Position numbers and translations under genes: made by a program. Shown here piece after piece: positions 43,404 to 56,233 of a DNA stretch of 64,000 bases. The DNA lies in NCBI GenBank assembly GCA_012295275.1, contig CM022678.1:17608001-17672000 (forward strand). Reading direction: 5' to 3'. Source of the stretch: Chrysomallon squamiferum (lineage: Eukaryota; Animalia; Mollusca). Within the stretch, counting starts at the first letter, position 1; every line of letters starts with the position of its first letter. The notes beneath the pieces were generated by a model. The model did no database searches, had not been told where the DNA came from, and worked only from the letters and a program-made list of their open reading frames with translations.

Positions 43404-45539
43404 TCAGTATCTTAAATTCTCAACAACTTGGTCCAAAAATATTATTTTAAAAATGGCTGTATACTAAGCTGTATTATTATGGTCTCATACTGCATACTAG
43501 AATGCTGTAGTCAGTATTTCATTTGAAAACGTATTTTAAAAATGACTAGATAATAACTATATTATGATGATGTCAAACTGTATACTAAAATAATGTAAGT
43601 CAGTATCTGATTCATGCAGGTTTCTAGCAGTTCTTTGAAGTACACTGAAGTAAAGGTTTCTAGTTTATTGACTTGGATAGTGTTAAATTATATTTTTGAC
43701 AATTCTGACTTCCCTCTACCTGTAGTAGTGTTCATTTTGGCTGTCACAGAATACTATTTTACAACAGAATCTCCAGATATCAGTAGTGTACAGAAAATGT
43801 GTATGTTAAATGTGGTTACCTGCCCTTGGTGCTACTAAACACTGTCTACAGAACCAGACTGGTATTTTTTTTAGCTATGTTTTGGTAAAGTTATCTGAAC
43901 ATTGGCTGTCACATGAATGTACAGGGGTGGGGGGGTGCACTCCAGGTACTGTCTATTTTTATTATACAGATTCTGAATCATTTAACCAGCAAGTTTGAGT
44001 TTGATTTCCAGATTTCTGGCTACATGCACAGATCAATACATTCTCAAAGCAGGGTCTGTTTGACTTTCGTTAATCCATTAAAATTCTTAAATTACCTGTT
44101 ATATGTGAAACAAAAAGGACGGGAATTAAACGAAGATAAGTAAAGAACATATTTCTTTTTTTGGTCAGAAGATACAGTTACAAAATAGTACACTTCTTAA
44201 TACACTTAAATTTCTTTTATAGTATCATATATAATACATAAAAGGAAAATAAAATAATAATAATAATAATAATAAAATTTGAAAATTAAGAACAATACAT
44301 TATTTAGCAGTTATTCAATACACCTGTACAGATGTATAACCAACAGTTTTGAGAATAACCTCTACACAGATACACTCTCTCTTAAACTCAGCATTGTTCA
44401 ATGCATAAACCACAGAAACCAAAATACCAAGCTACAGCACGACAAATTTATAAGTAGTCAGATTTAAAACAATAAAATATATACATATTTTTTTTATAAA
44501 TAGCTGGTTTACTAGGAAGTGGATGAAAGGTTCATTTCCTGTAGACATATCTGTTCATACAGAAATCAGCAGAAAAGAGATTAAGTGACAGAAAACATTC
44601 ATTCATTTTTCTCTCACTGGATTCTGGACAACAATAGGTTTTTTAATTTTATTAATTTAAAAATAATAAAGTCCCTTTATTAGCAGCTGCTAACAGACTG
44701 TTTGTCTGCACCATCCCACAAACAGTCCAGGACAGTACACACCATGGAGTTTGGTCCACACACACATTATACAGGTCATAGTTGTCATCACAGTTGTTTT
44801 TGTTGCTGTTGTTTTGTTCTTGTTATTACTACTACTAGTAGTAGTAGTAATAGTAATAGCAGCAACAGTAATAGCAATAGTAACAATAATAGTAATAGTA
44901 ATACAAACAGTAGTATTAGTAGCAATAGCAGTATTAATAGTAGCAATAGCAGTATTGGTAGTAATAGAAGATGTAGTAGTAGCAGCAGTGGTAGTAGTAG
45001 TGATACTAGCAGTAATGGAAATGGATGTACAGTTATAGTATTAACAGAAGTTGCATTTGTTGTAAGAATAGTAGTAGCAATAGTAGTTGCAATAGCAACA
45101 GCTGTAGTAGATATTAGTATGGTAACAATAAAATAGTAGTAGCATTATTATTATTTTTATTATTATGTAATATGACTAACACTACTGCTACTAGTGCTGT
45201 TATATGTACTATTACTATTCAATCTGTTACTACTACTTTGATATTGTAGCTTCTTCTCTTACTATTGTTATTGTTATACTACATTGTTATACTACATTAT
45301 ACTACACTGCTATTACTGCAGCTGCTACTGCTACTACTACAGCTATTACTGTGGTAATTATTATCACGTTTCGTGTTTTCGGCATTATTTTTTAAAAATC
45401 CATTGAATTATTAATGGATATTGGTTACTTTCATTGATAATTCTATTCAACAAACTGCTTGAACATAGTGGAATGTAATAAAACTAAAAATAAGCCTGTT
45501 TAATTCAATAGTTTTAATATAATTTTCATTGAATTACGA

Positions 45540-45945
45540 TCAACATCTCGTTTCTATACGTATTCGGAGGCCCAAATTGGTTTATGATAGTTTATAGTAA
45601 CGTCTAAAATATATCAATAACTTAAAACATAAAGATAAAGGTACGCTGATAAAAATCGTTAATAAATTTGCATTCTGTCGTTAAATGTATAAGCGGATCC
45701 GTTGTAATTTTGATTTTACAATAGTTAATAATACCAACTAATAGAAACACGACAACGATTCGCACGTGACACACATAAACAGAGCAAACTCCGGACAAAC
45801 GAGCTCAGCAAACACTTCTCAATCAGGCAGTAGTTGGCTATAGCCGAGACCATTCCTATTATTCGTTCAGGGGTAACAGGTTGTTTTTTCATATTTATAG
45901 ATTTATCTATATATACGTGAAAAGCTTTTGACTGTCTACAATTAC

Positions 45946-46010
<65 letters not shown>

Positions 46011-46091
46011 ATCGTAAATTAATTTATGTATTAAACAATAGTTATTAATAATGGCTCTAAGATCTCTATTTTCTTACTGTTATTGTTATTG

Positions 46092-46135
<44 letters not shown>

Positions 46136-47480
46136 TTTTTTAGTAATGACGTCATCATAGAGAAACCCCATTGTCGCTAGCCTTTATTGATTAAAACTGA
46201 GAGCAACAAGGCATATTAAATCTGAATCTTTCCTACAGATAAAAGATGCATATACACGTACTACCACAATCTTCCCCATTGATAGACCACTCACTGTAAT
46301 GGTTTGAACGGAAAATAATGAATAGTTTCTTTTTTGAAAAAATCATTATTTTTCATAGCTTTGAAAAACTGATCTACATCTCGTTCCGGAAAAACAACAA
46401 TAATAATTCAAATTCAAATTCAAATTCCAAACAAAATCAAAATAAGATATCTAATTTCAGGATATGCCTAATACAATTTTTAATTACTTTTACTTTTTTG
46501 AAACTGTTTTAATTTTTCCAAAATAAAACTTCATAAATATATATAAATGTTTAAAACAAAACTAAAATTAATATTACAAACAGTTTTAAATTAAAACACA
46601 ATTTAAATATTTTATTTATTTAATTTTAAACGGCAGAAAATGTATATTCCCACTCGAATAAATATTTATATAAATTTAATCTGTCATCCCGTACGAAAAA
46701 ATGGACTCTTCTATCAAAGAGGAACGCCGCCATTTCTTATCCTGTTTTAGGTCGTTGTTTTCATGTTACGTCAAAAATATTGTATCAGGCATTACTTTCT
46801 AAAATAACCCCTTCACAAATAAACACTTATTATTAATGAAAATCTTGGCACATCAATGAAAGAAGGTTGCAATGTTATAAAAACTGGTTAACACATGTCG
46901 GCCAAGAATGCATAGTTAATGAGGGCAACCCCTGTCGAATAGAGAGAGGTGTTTCCCCAATCATCGGAAAAACCGCGGGGACCTCTCCACTTTTTATCTT
47001 ATATCTCAAAGAAGAATCCTATGCTGACATTACAAATATTGATACAGTAAATGATACATTATTTCCAATATGGCGTGCAACAAATTATCATAAAACATTA
47101 GTGGCTGTTCATTATTATGACCTACTTACGTTTCATAGGCGACGTTGTTTCACTAAGTGTAGCTGATTTCCGACGTGGCATTCCCGAATAATTTACGACA
47201 GAATCTTCGTTTATCGGCTCTTTACAGCATGTTTATAATTACCTTTAAGATCATTCATTGTCACATGTGATAAAAGCGCACAAAACACAAAAATACATTT
47301 GTTTTGGAGTCAACGTTTGGCGACAGTTGCCGGGGAATTCTCTCGATATGTGGGGAATTTCTTCCGACAAAACACGATGCGTGACGTCACTAGCGCGTGA
47401 GGTCGAGGCTTGGTGGTATTCCAAGTACCAAACGATTTTGCAAATAGCCCACAGAAGAAGGTTAATGCAACGGGAGAGAA
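45540..47480. promoter_or_regulatory. CpG-containing regulatory region between divergent schnurri and TIR genes
   Basis: E-box CACGTG 45763-45768; CRE palindromes ATGACGTCAT 46146-46155 and GTGACGTCAC 47381-47390; YY1-type CGCCGCCATTT 46725-46735; two kappaB-like sites GGGGAATTCTC 47332-47342 and GGGGAATTTC 47352-47361. Confidence 0.55.
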
Positions 47481-47557
47481 AAAAAGATTATAAGAAATGA
47501 TCAGAAAAGAAAACGTAATATTAAAAAATAATAATAAAATAAAAATAAACACTAATG

Positions 47558-47599
<42 letters not shown>

Positions 47600-47846
47600 C
47601 ACCAGTAATAATAAATAGAATATATTTTGAATGAACTAATAATACTTTATTTAATATTTTATTGATGTAAATTATAGCCATACTAAATAAACTATTGGCC
47701 TCCTAATGAACAAAATAATACAGATTTTACTGATAATAATTAATTTACGATGAAAGACATCGGTTTACATGTATGAACATATACATACCTAACTACGCAT
47801 ATGTGCTTCAATTGTAAAACAAGGTCATAATTATGTCTCAATAGAA

Positions 47847-47889
<43 letters not shown>

Positions 47890-48375
47890 CTTAAGAAAAC
47901 CCCAAGCTGCTTATCGAATCACAGCACCTTATTTCCTCATATTAAGTTAATAATAATAATAATAATAATGAAGCTTTCTCCCTCTTCACCCCATTCTGTA
48001 AGTGGGAAGTACGGACATCATTTGCTGCGGGGGAAATGGGATGTGGTAACGGAATTAAATTATAGCATGATTAAAAATGGCAGTTTTCTTTATGCTTCGA
48101 AAATAATATTAGCTTCGTTCATCCTTTTATTAATTTACTAATATATCCGTTCATGTATTCTGCCTAGAACAATTCAAATGCAAAAAAAAAAATGAATTTA
48201 TGTGTTAAAAAATTATAATATGAGTATATTCTTCTTCTTCTTCTTTTCTTTATAAGTCTATAATTTTGAATATATAATTATAGACCTACAAAAGAGAAAC
48301 AAAAATTTGAAAACAATATTGTTTTACAATAACTTGTGACCTGTAACAAACAACATCTTCATATTTTATTTGTAT

Positions 48376-48406
<31 letters not shown>

Positions 48407-49936
48407 TTATTTCTTGAACACAAACATATATGTACTGTGTATGTATATATAAACAAATACAAATACATGGCCGCACATTTATATATATATATATATATAT
48501 ATATGCCTTTGCATAAATATATACTTATACATGCATTTAATATACATAGACACAGACAGACAGATAGCGATATAGTTATGACTGTATCACTATTACCGTA
48601 GGGGATAATAAATAAAAGCGCCAAGGACTGTATACACAGTCATATAAAATTCCTGATGATTTGATTTTATATATTATAAAAATAATAAATATAAATATTA
48701 TCGTTTGGGAAACAGAGGGAGCCATTGATTCTTATACTTCATTATAATATATAGAATGGTATTATTTTCAGTTTGTTGTTCCTCTTATGTAGGTCATTTA
48801 ATTCTATTTTTGTATTGTAAGATTTAATATTCAATAATGTGAATGGAAAAACATTACATATTTTAAATCAGTATGTCAAAGTTTTAGAGACAAAGTTCTT
48901 GTGTATATATCTTTAGTAAGCTGAATTTAATTTTAAATTATTTTCTGAACATAAATAAATAAATAAATAAAAATAAAAATGATCAACAGAAACAAATGAC
49001 GATGAGCTACAAATCGAGTATGAGCGAAACGAGAGACAATGCCATTGTTTTTACACTCGTCATTCAGATACAAATAACCCGTCATAGCTGTTTCTTTGTC
49101 ATTTGTGAAACTGTTATAACAAAAATAAATAGCTTTGTAACGTAAATGCAATTAGGATGATTATTTTCAATTTAATTTGAGGGTACAGTGATTTGAATGC
49201 TAAAAATATCATAGTTATTTCCCTTTGAAACTTTGCCGTAACTAGTCCAAACATTGAGATGCATGCAGGTGCGATTTTGTCTTCTGCTTGATAAATGAAA
49301 GGTAAAAACGTTTTAACTTATAAGAAAATCAGTTTTGTTTACGTATTAAAATTTGGAGAAGGATCTCTGTTGGTCCTCCTAGATATTAAAAAAAAAAATA
49401 AATTAAAAACTTTTAAGTTCAACACTTAATTCAATTTGTTTTTGATAGTATTTTATTAGACATAACTAATGAGTTACCATGGGGAACATAATTTCGTGTT
49501 GCTTTTCTTTCTTTCTTTCTTTTCTAATTTATTTTGTATATATTTTTGAAAACTGTTAATTATTTCATATTTTTTCAAACTTATCGTTATTATTTATTTG
49601 ATCTTTTAATAATTTTATTGTTGGTTATTAATAATGTGCATCAAGATTATAGAGAAATGGTAAGCAATGAAAATTTTAAATTAAATCCATGTATATATAT
49701 ATATATATATATATATAATTGTTTTTTTAGCTCATTAAATAACACTAAATACATTTTTGTATAATATTTTTATAGTTTTCTTTTACATGAGATACGTTTG
49801 AAATAAAAATAATAATTAAATTTTAAGAGATAACATTTCATTTACATATTGAAAAATCATTATCAAAATTGTATTATTTCCAAAAACATTTTGAAGTACT
49901 TTATTTTAAAACAATAACGTCATTCTAAATATTTGC

Positions 49937-49974
<38 letters not shown>

Positions 49975-50188
49975 TGATAATAATAATAACAATAATAGCA
50001 ATTATCATCACCTTTTGCAGTTGCTGAAGAGGTTGGACAAAATGGATCATACAAAAGTTATTATCTTGGAAGTTATCTAATCTCATCTCATGGAACAAAC
50101 ATTTTCAAATTGTAATTTAAAATCGAATTCAAGTCATCGACCAAAGTAAAGCAAAATTAATATACAATTTATTTCACTGACATTAAGG

Positions 50189-51713
50189 ATGGGTTCCCAG
50201 CCAAGCAAATTAGAAATTTTTGAAAAATCTTTGCCATCTGCCCGTGGCTTGCTAGAGTCAGATAAAAGAGTGGAAACAACCGCAATGAAGAAACAAGAAT
50301 GGAAACTACCAGGCAAAAACTTTGTATCTCGGCAGCTTGAGGAACATTATGCATCATCTAACAAGTTAAACGGACATTTAAGAAGTTACACATCCGAAAC
50401 TAATAATATTCCTTCTGCTTTGCAAGACCAAGAAAAATTATCAAAAGTAACTGATGTGAAAACTGATGTGAAAACTGATGAAAATCATAACAAAGAACTT
50501 CCTTTGACTGAGAACTGTGTGATGGATGTAGATTATTATGTTACAAATGAACAGAGAAATAATGTAACTGATATGCCCACAGACTATTACATTGACAGAA
50601 GTAGTCTGAGCACGTTCACTGTACAGACTGAGGCGGTTGGCACTCCTACAGTAAGTAATGAACTTGAGAACAATATAAAAGATGCGAACATCTCTCCAAG
50701 TCACCACGACATAAAATCTTCATCAGAGTGTTTGGTAGAAATCTTCATTTCAAAAGATAATAATAATGAAGACTGGTCCTCTGACGCAGAAAGAGGAAAT
50801 ACCTGTGAACAAAAGAAAAGTGTAGAAAGGAAGAAGAAAAAGAAGAAAAGAGTAAAACTGTCTTACACCTCAGAAGAACTGGAAGAGAAGAAAGTTAAGA
50901 TTTTGACAAAAGCTAAAAAATTAATAAACTCCATTTTATCAGCTTCAGGAAATATTAAAAATGGAAAAATCAGTTCGGAATTTATCAGTGCCTTGAGCAA
51001 TTTTTCTAAGCTGTATCTTAAAGTTAAGTCACTACAGGAAAGAAAAGTTACACTGGATGAAATAAAGAGTCTTAAAATCCAGATTGGGATGGAAGTCTTC
51101 AGTTCAAGGGTTATGGATTGCATTTGTGGACTCATGGTTTCAGCTTTAAGTGACGACAGTTTTGTGCCTTCTCATAATCATGTGATAAATTTTGTGATTC
51201 TTCTCTACTTCACTGAAGTCTCTCCAGCTGTTTCGGAATATGTTTGTCAGTATCCGGGATTCCTGCAGGTTTTAGCAGACAAAATGACAGACCTGTCTAA
51301 AGCTTGTGTTAACAAACAACTGATGGTAATGAAATTTTATTTATTTGTTTGTTTGTTGATTAGTTTTATTTTAAAATCATTTTTTTTTTTTTTTTTCTTT
51401 TTTTTATTGTTTATGTTATTTTTATTTATTTTATTTTTTTTTTTTATTTCCTTTATTTTTTTTTTTTTTGTTTTTGTTTACTTATTGTTTTGCTTGTTTG
51501 TTTGTTTGTTTGTTTGTTATTACTGTAAAATGAACTTATGTCAAAAGGACAAAGTTAAATTAAAAACTTTTCTATTACATTATTCATGTGTGTGTGTGTT
51601 TGTGTGTGTGTGTTGTATGTGTTGTAAATGTATCGGTCTGCATATGTTACTGTCAGTGTATCGTGTATTGCAAGTATAAGCTTTGACATAACTATTTCTT
51701 TCTATTTATTTAT

Positions 51714-51748
<35 letters not shown>

Positions 51749-53087
51749 GTAACTGTTGAAATATATAAAAACATTCTGTTTTTCAGATTAATGAACTGAA
51801 TCTCTTGGAACACATGATGGACTTGATATACAACATCGCATCAGTTGACAGCAACATACCACTACTACAATCTCTATCATTCACACAGGTCAGTGCAAAA
51901 ATATCTCAGAGATTTTTAACGTTTGAAAAAATAAGAATTTGTCATTATTTAATATCAAAATTATTTAGTTTCTTAACTATGAAAAAATTACTTTTTAGCT
52001 GAATGTTAATATAACTATGAAATTAGTTATTAAAACAATGAAGTCACTATCAGTAACACTGTAACTAAAATCAGCAGCATTATAACAGTGAAATTTGTTA
52101 ATAAAAAACAAAACCTCGACCACTGTTTAAATCAAACTAAAATCAGTGTTGTTAAAACTGTCTATTAGTCTATCATGATTTTGTTTTCAATGTAAATTTC
52201 TATATAAGAAAGAATGTATCTCTACAATATACAAGTAATAACGGAAGATTGGCAGTTTTGAATAAATGTCTCCGATATTGCTTTATTAACTATGAATGGT
52301 ATCAAAAATCAAATAATACATTTATGTGCATTAATTTTTTATATTTATATTTAGGCTTTTGCTTAGACTATAGAGTTACACATTAACAAATTAAAAAAAA
52401 AAAATAAATAAATAAAATAAAATTAAGCAACAAATGGACCATCACCTTGGATTTCTGCAGAATAATTCAACCATATAATACAATTACCTATTAATTAAAA
52501 TAAAAATCTGGCTTAAACCTTATTTCTTCATTCACTAATGCATCATCGACTTCCAATTTTATTTAAACAAACAATTAATACATCAGTATAATTAAAATGA
52601 TTAACTAAATTTATAAAATTTATTTACTCAACATTTATATTTTAAACTTAATATTTTAAAAAGAAACGATATTTAAAAAAAAATCAATCAAAAGTAGAAA
52701 AATATTTTAAGACTCTATATTTTATGAATATAAATTAATAATTACTACAGGTTCTCTTGCCATACTTGGACATCACCCATGTCAAACTGCGACTGAGTGC
52801 TGTGTCTTCATTAGCCAACATCGTTGACGAGGATGACTGCCAGCTGCTGAAGACAACCTCAGACTACATCAGCTTCATCCTGACATCATTTCACCAAGCC
52901 CTGAGAAATCCATCACACAAACAACTTGGCTGGTCTGCAGCTGAATTGTGCAGAAGTATGTAAATAAATATATTATCAACTTTGAAAACACTAGATTGAA
53001 AATATTGTGTACTTTATTTTATAGATAATAATAGCAATTATAGTAATAACAATAATAACAATAATAACTTTAATAATAGCAACAACA

Positions 53088-53143
<56 letters not shown>

Positions 53144-53852
53144 AAATCTAATATGAAAATGGATCTAAGATGGTCTGATCTGCTGTTCGATAATATTTTT
53201 ATTTGAAGTTTGGACTGCTTGTAGAATTTTGGTTTGTGGTGGATGGATATTTGGCAGAAAAAATTTGATTATTCTGATTATTAAGTTAAAGGATACTGAA
53301 CACTGATGTGCTTCTAGCAGATATATTATTTTATTTACTAACAACATCATGAAACAAGATGAAAATACCAGATCTTTGTTTGGCAAGCCTGGATTATTAT
53401 TAGTGCCATACTTTATTGTTAGTCAAGCTTGGCTACTAGTTTTAACAAGGCAGTCAGCTGGAAATATGCAATATGTACACAGACTATTTTATTATATCTG
53501 CAGTTTTACATTTCATCTAAAATTATTTCTTAATCAAGTGTGTTTTGTAAATTATTTTAGCTGTCAAACACCTTGCAAGAAATGATGCCAACAAAAGACA
53601 GCTAGTTGAAGAAGGTTGTCTCCCTTTGTTATCAGAACTCTCACTATCTGAAAACCCTCTTGAAGCTAAAGGTAAAAGATTAATTCTTATACTTCAAATA
53701 AACAAAGCTGTTTACTTTGTACTGTGTGTTTTATAATCTTCATCTACAAACTTTGCTGATATCCAGTAGAGGAACTGTATGTCACTGTTTCATTAAACAT
53801 TTATTTTTTTCAAAAACTATCTTTCTACTTTCTCTCTCTGTCTCTCTGTCTA

Positions 53853-53915
<63 letters not shown>

Positions 53916-54568
53916 TCTTTATCTTCTTCTTTTTTCTTTTTCTCTTTTTTTGCCTCTTTTTTCCTTTTTTTCTTTCTTTCTCTCATCTGTTTGTCTTTTC
54001 TCACTTTCTCTCCTTTTCTTTTCTTTATATCTCTGTCTCATTCTCTCTCTATTTCTTTTTTTCTCTCTCTCTCTCTCTCTTTCTATCTCTCTCTCTCTCA
54101 CACACACACCACCTTAGTCTGAATGATACAAAACATTTAATAAAAGTATATTTAATGTTTCCCCCTTTTCTCAGAGGCATTTGAGACTGTGTGGCTGCTT
54201 TCATTTGACGATGACAACAAGGAGTCTGTGATTGCTGAGACTGACCTGATGAAGACGATTGTGTCTAGGTTTGAGGTGTGTGACTGTGGAGAATTGAAAC
54301 TATTACTGCAAGGTTTTCTGTGGACACTGAGAAACAGCCTGGCCAAGTCTGAAGATTTCAAACACATTGGTATGTTTGTAAATTGTCTGAAACAGATAAT
54401 AAAACACACACATGCATGCACACACACATATATACATATACAAACACACACACACACATAGCCACATATGCAGACATACACACGTAAACACATATATATA
54501 TATATAAACATCCACATGCATATGATATGAAAAGGATGTCCCATTCACAGATAAGTGGATTATCTTAA

Positions 54569-54606
<38 letters not shown>

Positions 54607-56191
54607 ACACATGCACACACATAAACAACACACACACACACATGAACATAGTCACATAATCTCAGAGATTATGTAGATTATTTTTTTACAGTCCTTGTCA
54701 TTTTATCATCTCTGGCAGAATTACAGCTGAATCAACCAAAACTGTTTCTTATTTACAAAGAAAAAACATTTTTTAAAAACTAATTTCATATTCTTGTAAA
54801 GAGTTCACCCATGTTTGATTGAGCTTTTGGGTTCTCTGTTTGAGCTTTTAGGATACTTCACTGAAAAAACAAAATAACAAACCAACTTTCATTCATATTA
54901 TAAACAGCCTTCTTTCATTCCAGTCAAAACATTTTACAGAAAGAAAAAAGTCAAAAAGCTTAAACGAAAAAAGAAATCAAAGGTCAGGAGCATTGCTATG
55001 ACAACTGGTCAGGTAATGATCAGTTACCAAAGGAATGATGAGAAGAAGCTGGTGCGAGTTCGAGACGTTTTGAAAGAAAATGGATTTCAAGTCTGGATGG
55101 ATGTAGATGATGTGGGAGTTTCGACGTTGCAGGCAATGGCAGATGCTGTTGACGATTCCACAGTAGTTGTGATGTGCGTGTCTTCTAAATATAAACACAG
55201 TCCACATTGTAGAGTTGGTAAGTTGTCTTTCTTGTTTTCTTTTTGTTCAGTTTTGTGCTTTCTTAATAACATTATGTATGTTTGTTTGTATCTATTTATT
55301 TAATATGTGTTTAAGATGTAATTGTATATGTTTTTATGTATGTTTGTCTACATTTTGTTTGTATTTATGTGAATGCATGTGTGATTGTGTACATATATAT
55401 ATGTGTGTGTGTGTGTGTTTTTTGATATCTGTGTATGTATGTTTGTTTAATATGTATGTATCTGTGTGTGTTTGTGTTTGTGTGTGTTTTTATGTCAAGG
55501 TGTATATGTTTATACAGACATACATGCAGGCCATTGACAAAGATAACAACAGATAATTAAAACATTTTCCAAAAAAAGCTTTCCAGTAATTGATTCTTTC
55601 TTATTTTTTTATTGTTCAGTTGTTTATTTGTCCATTTATTCATTCATTTGTTCATTCATTCATTTATTCATTCATTCATTTGTTCATTCATTCGTTCATT
55701 CAGAAGCTGAATATGCAGCAGAACAAAACAAGAGGATAATTCCACTGATAATGGAACATGGTTATCAACCTGATGGTTGGCTGGATATTATGCTTGATGC
55801 AAAACCTTTCCATGATTTCAGTGGTAAATACCCATTTGAGATGAAAATGATTGACTTGCTCAAGGACTGTTTTCAACTCAAACCAGCAGCAGTTAGTAAA
55901 GATGAACTTTCAAAACCAGCTTTTCAAGAGGTATCATTCATTTTATTTATATTATTTATTTTATTTATTTCATTTTTTTTGTTTATTTATTTATTTATTG
56001 TTTTGTTTGTTTATTATTACTGCAAAATGAACTTATGTCAAAAGGATGAAGTTAAATTGTATCTTTCAAAAAATTATATTACTTATACATGTGTGTGTGT
56101 ATGTGTGTGTGTGTGTGTTGTACATCACATTTGACTTTTTATGGTATCTATAAGATAGAACTTTTTTTTTTCTTTTGTTATTCTGTCTCTG

Positions 56192-56233
<42 letters not shown>

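Noticed and set aside
46867-47500. ORFs of 99 and 80 aa in the CpG-containing region
   Set aside because: No ATG start, no homology cues and no splice support; more likely regulatory DNA.
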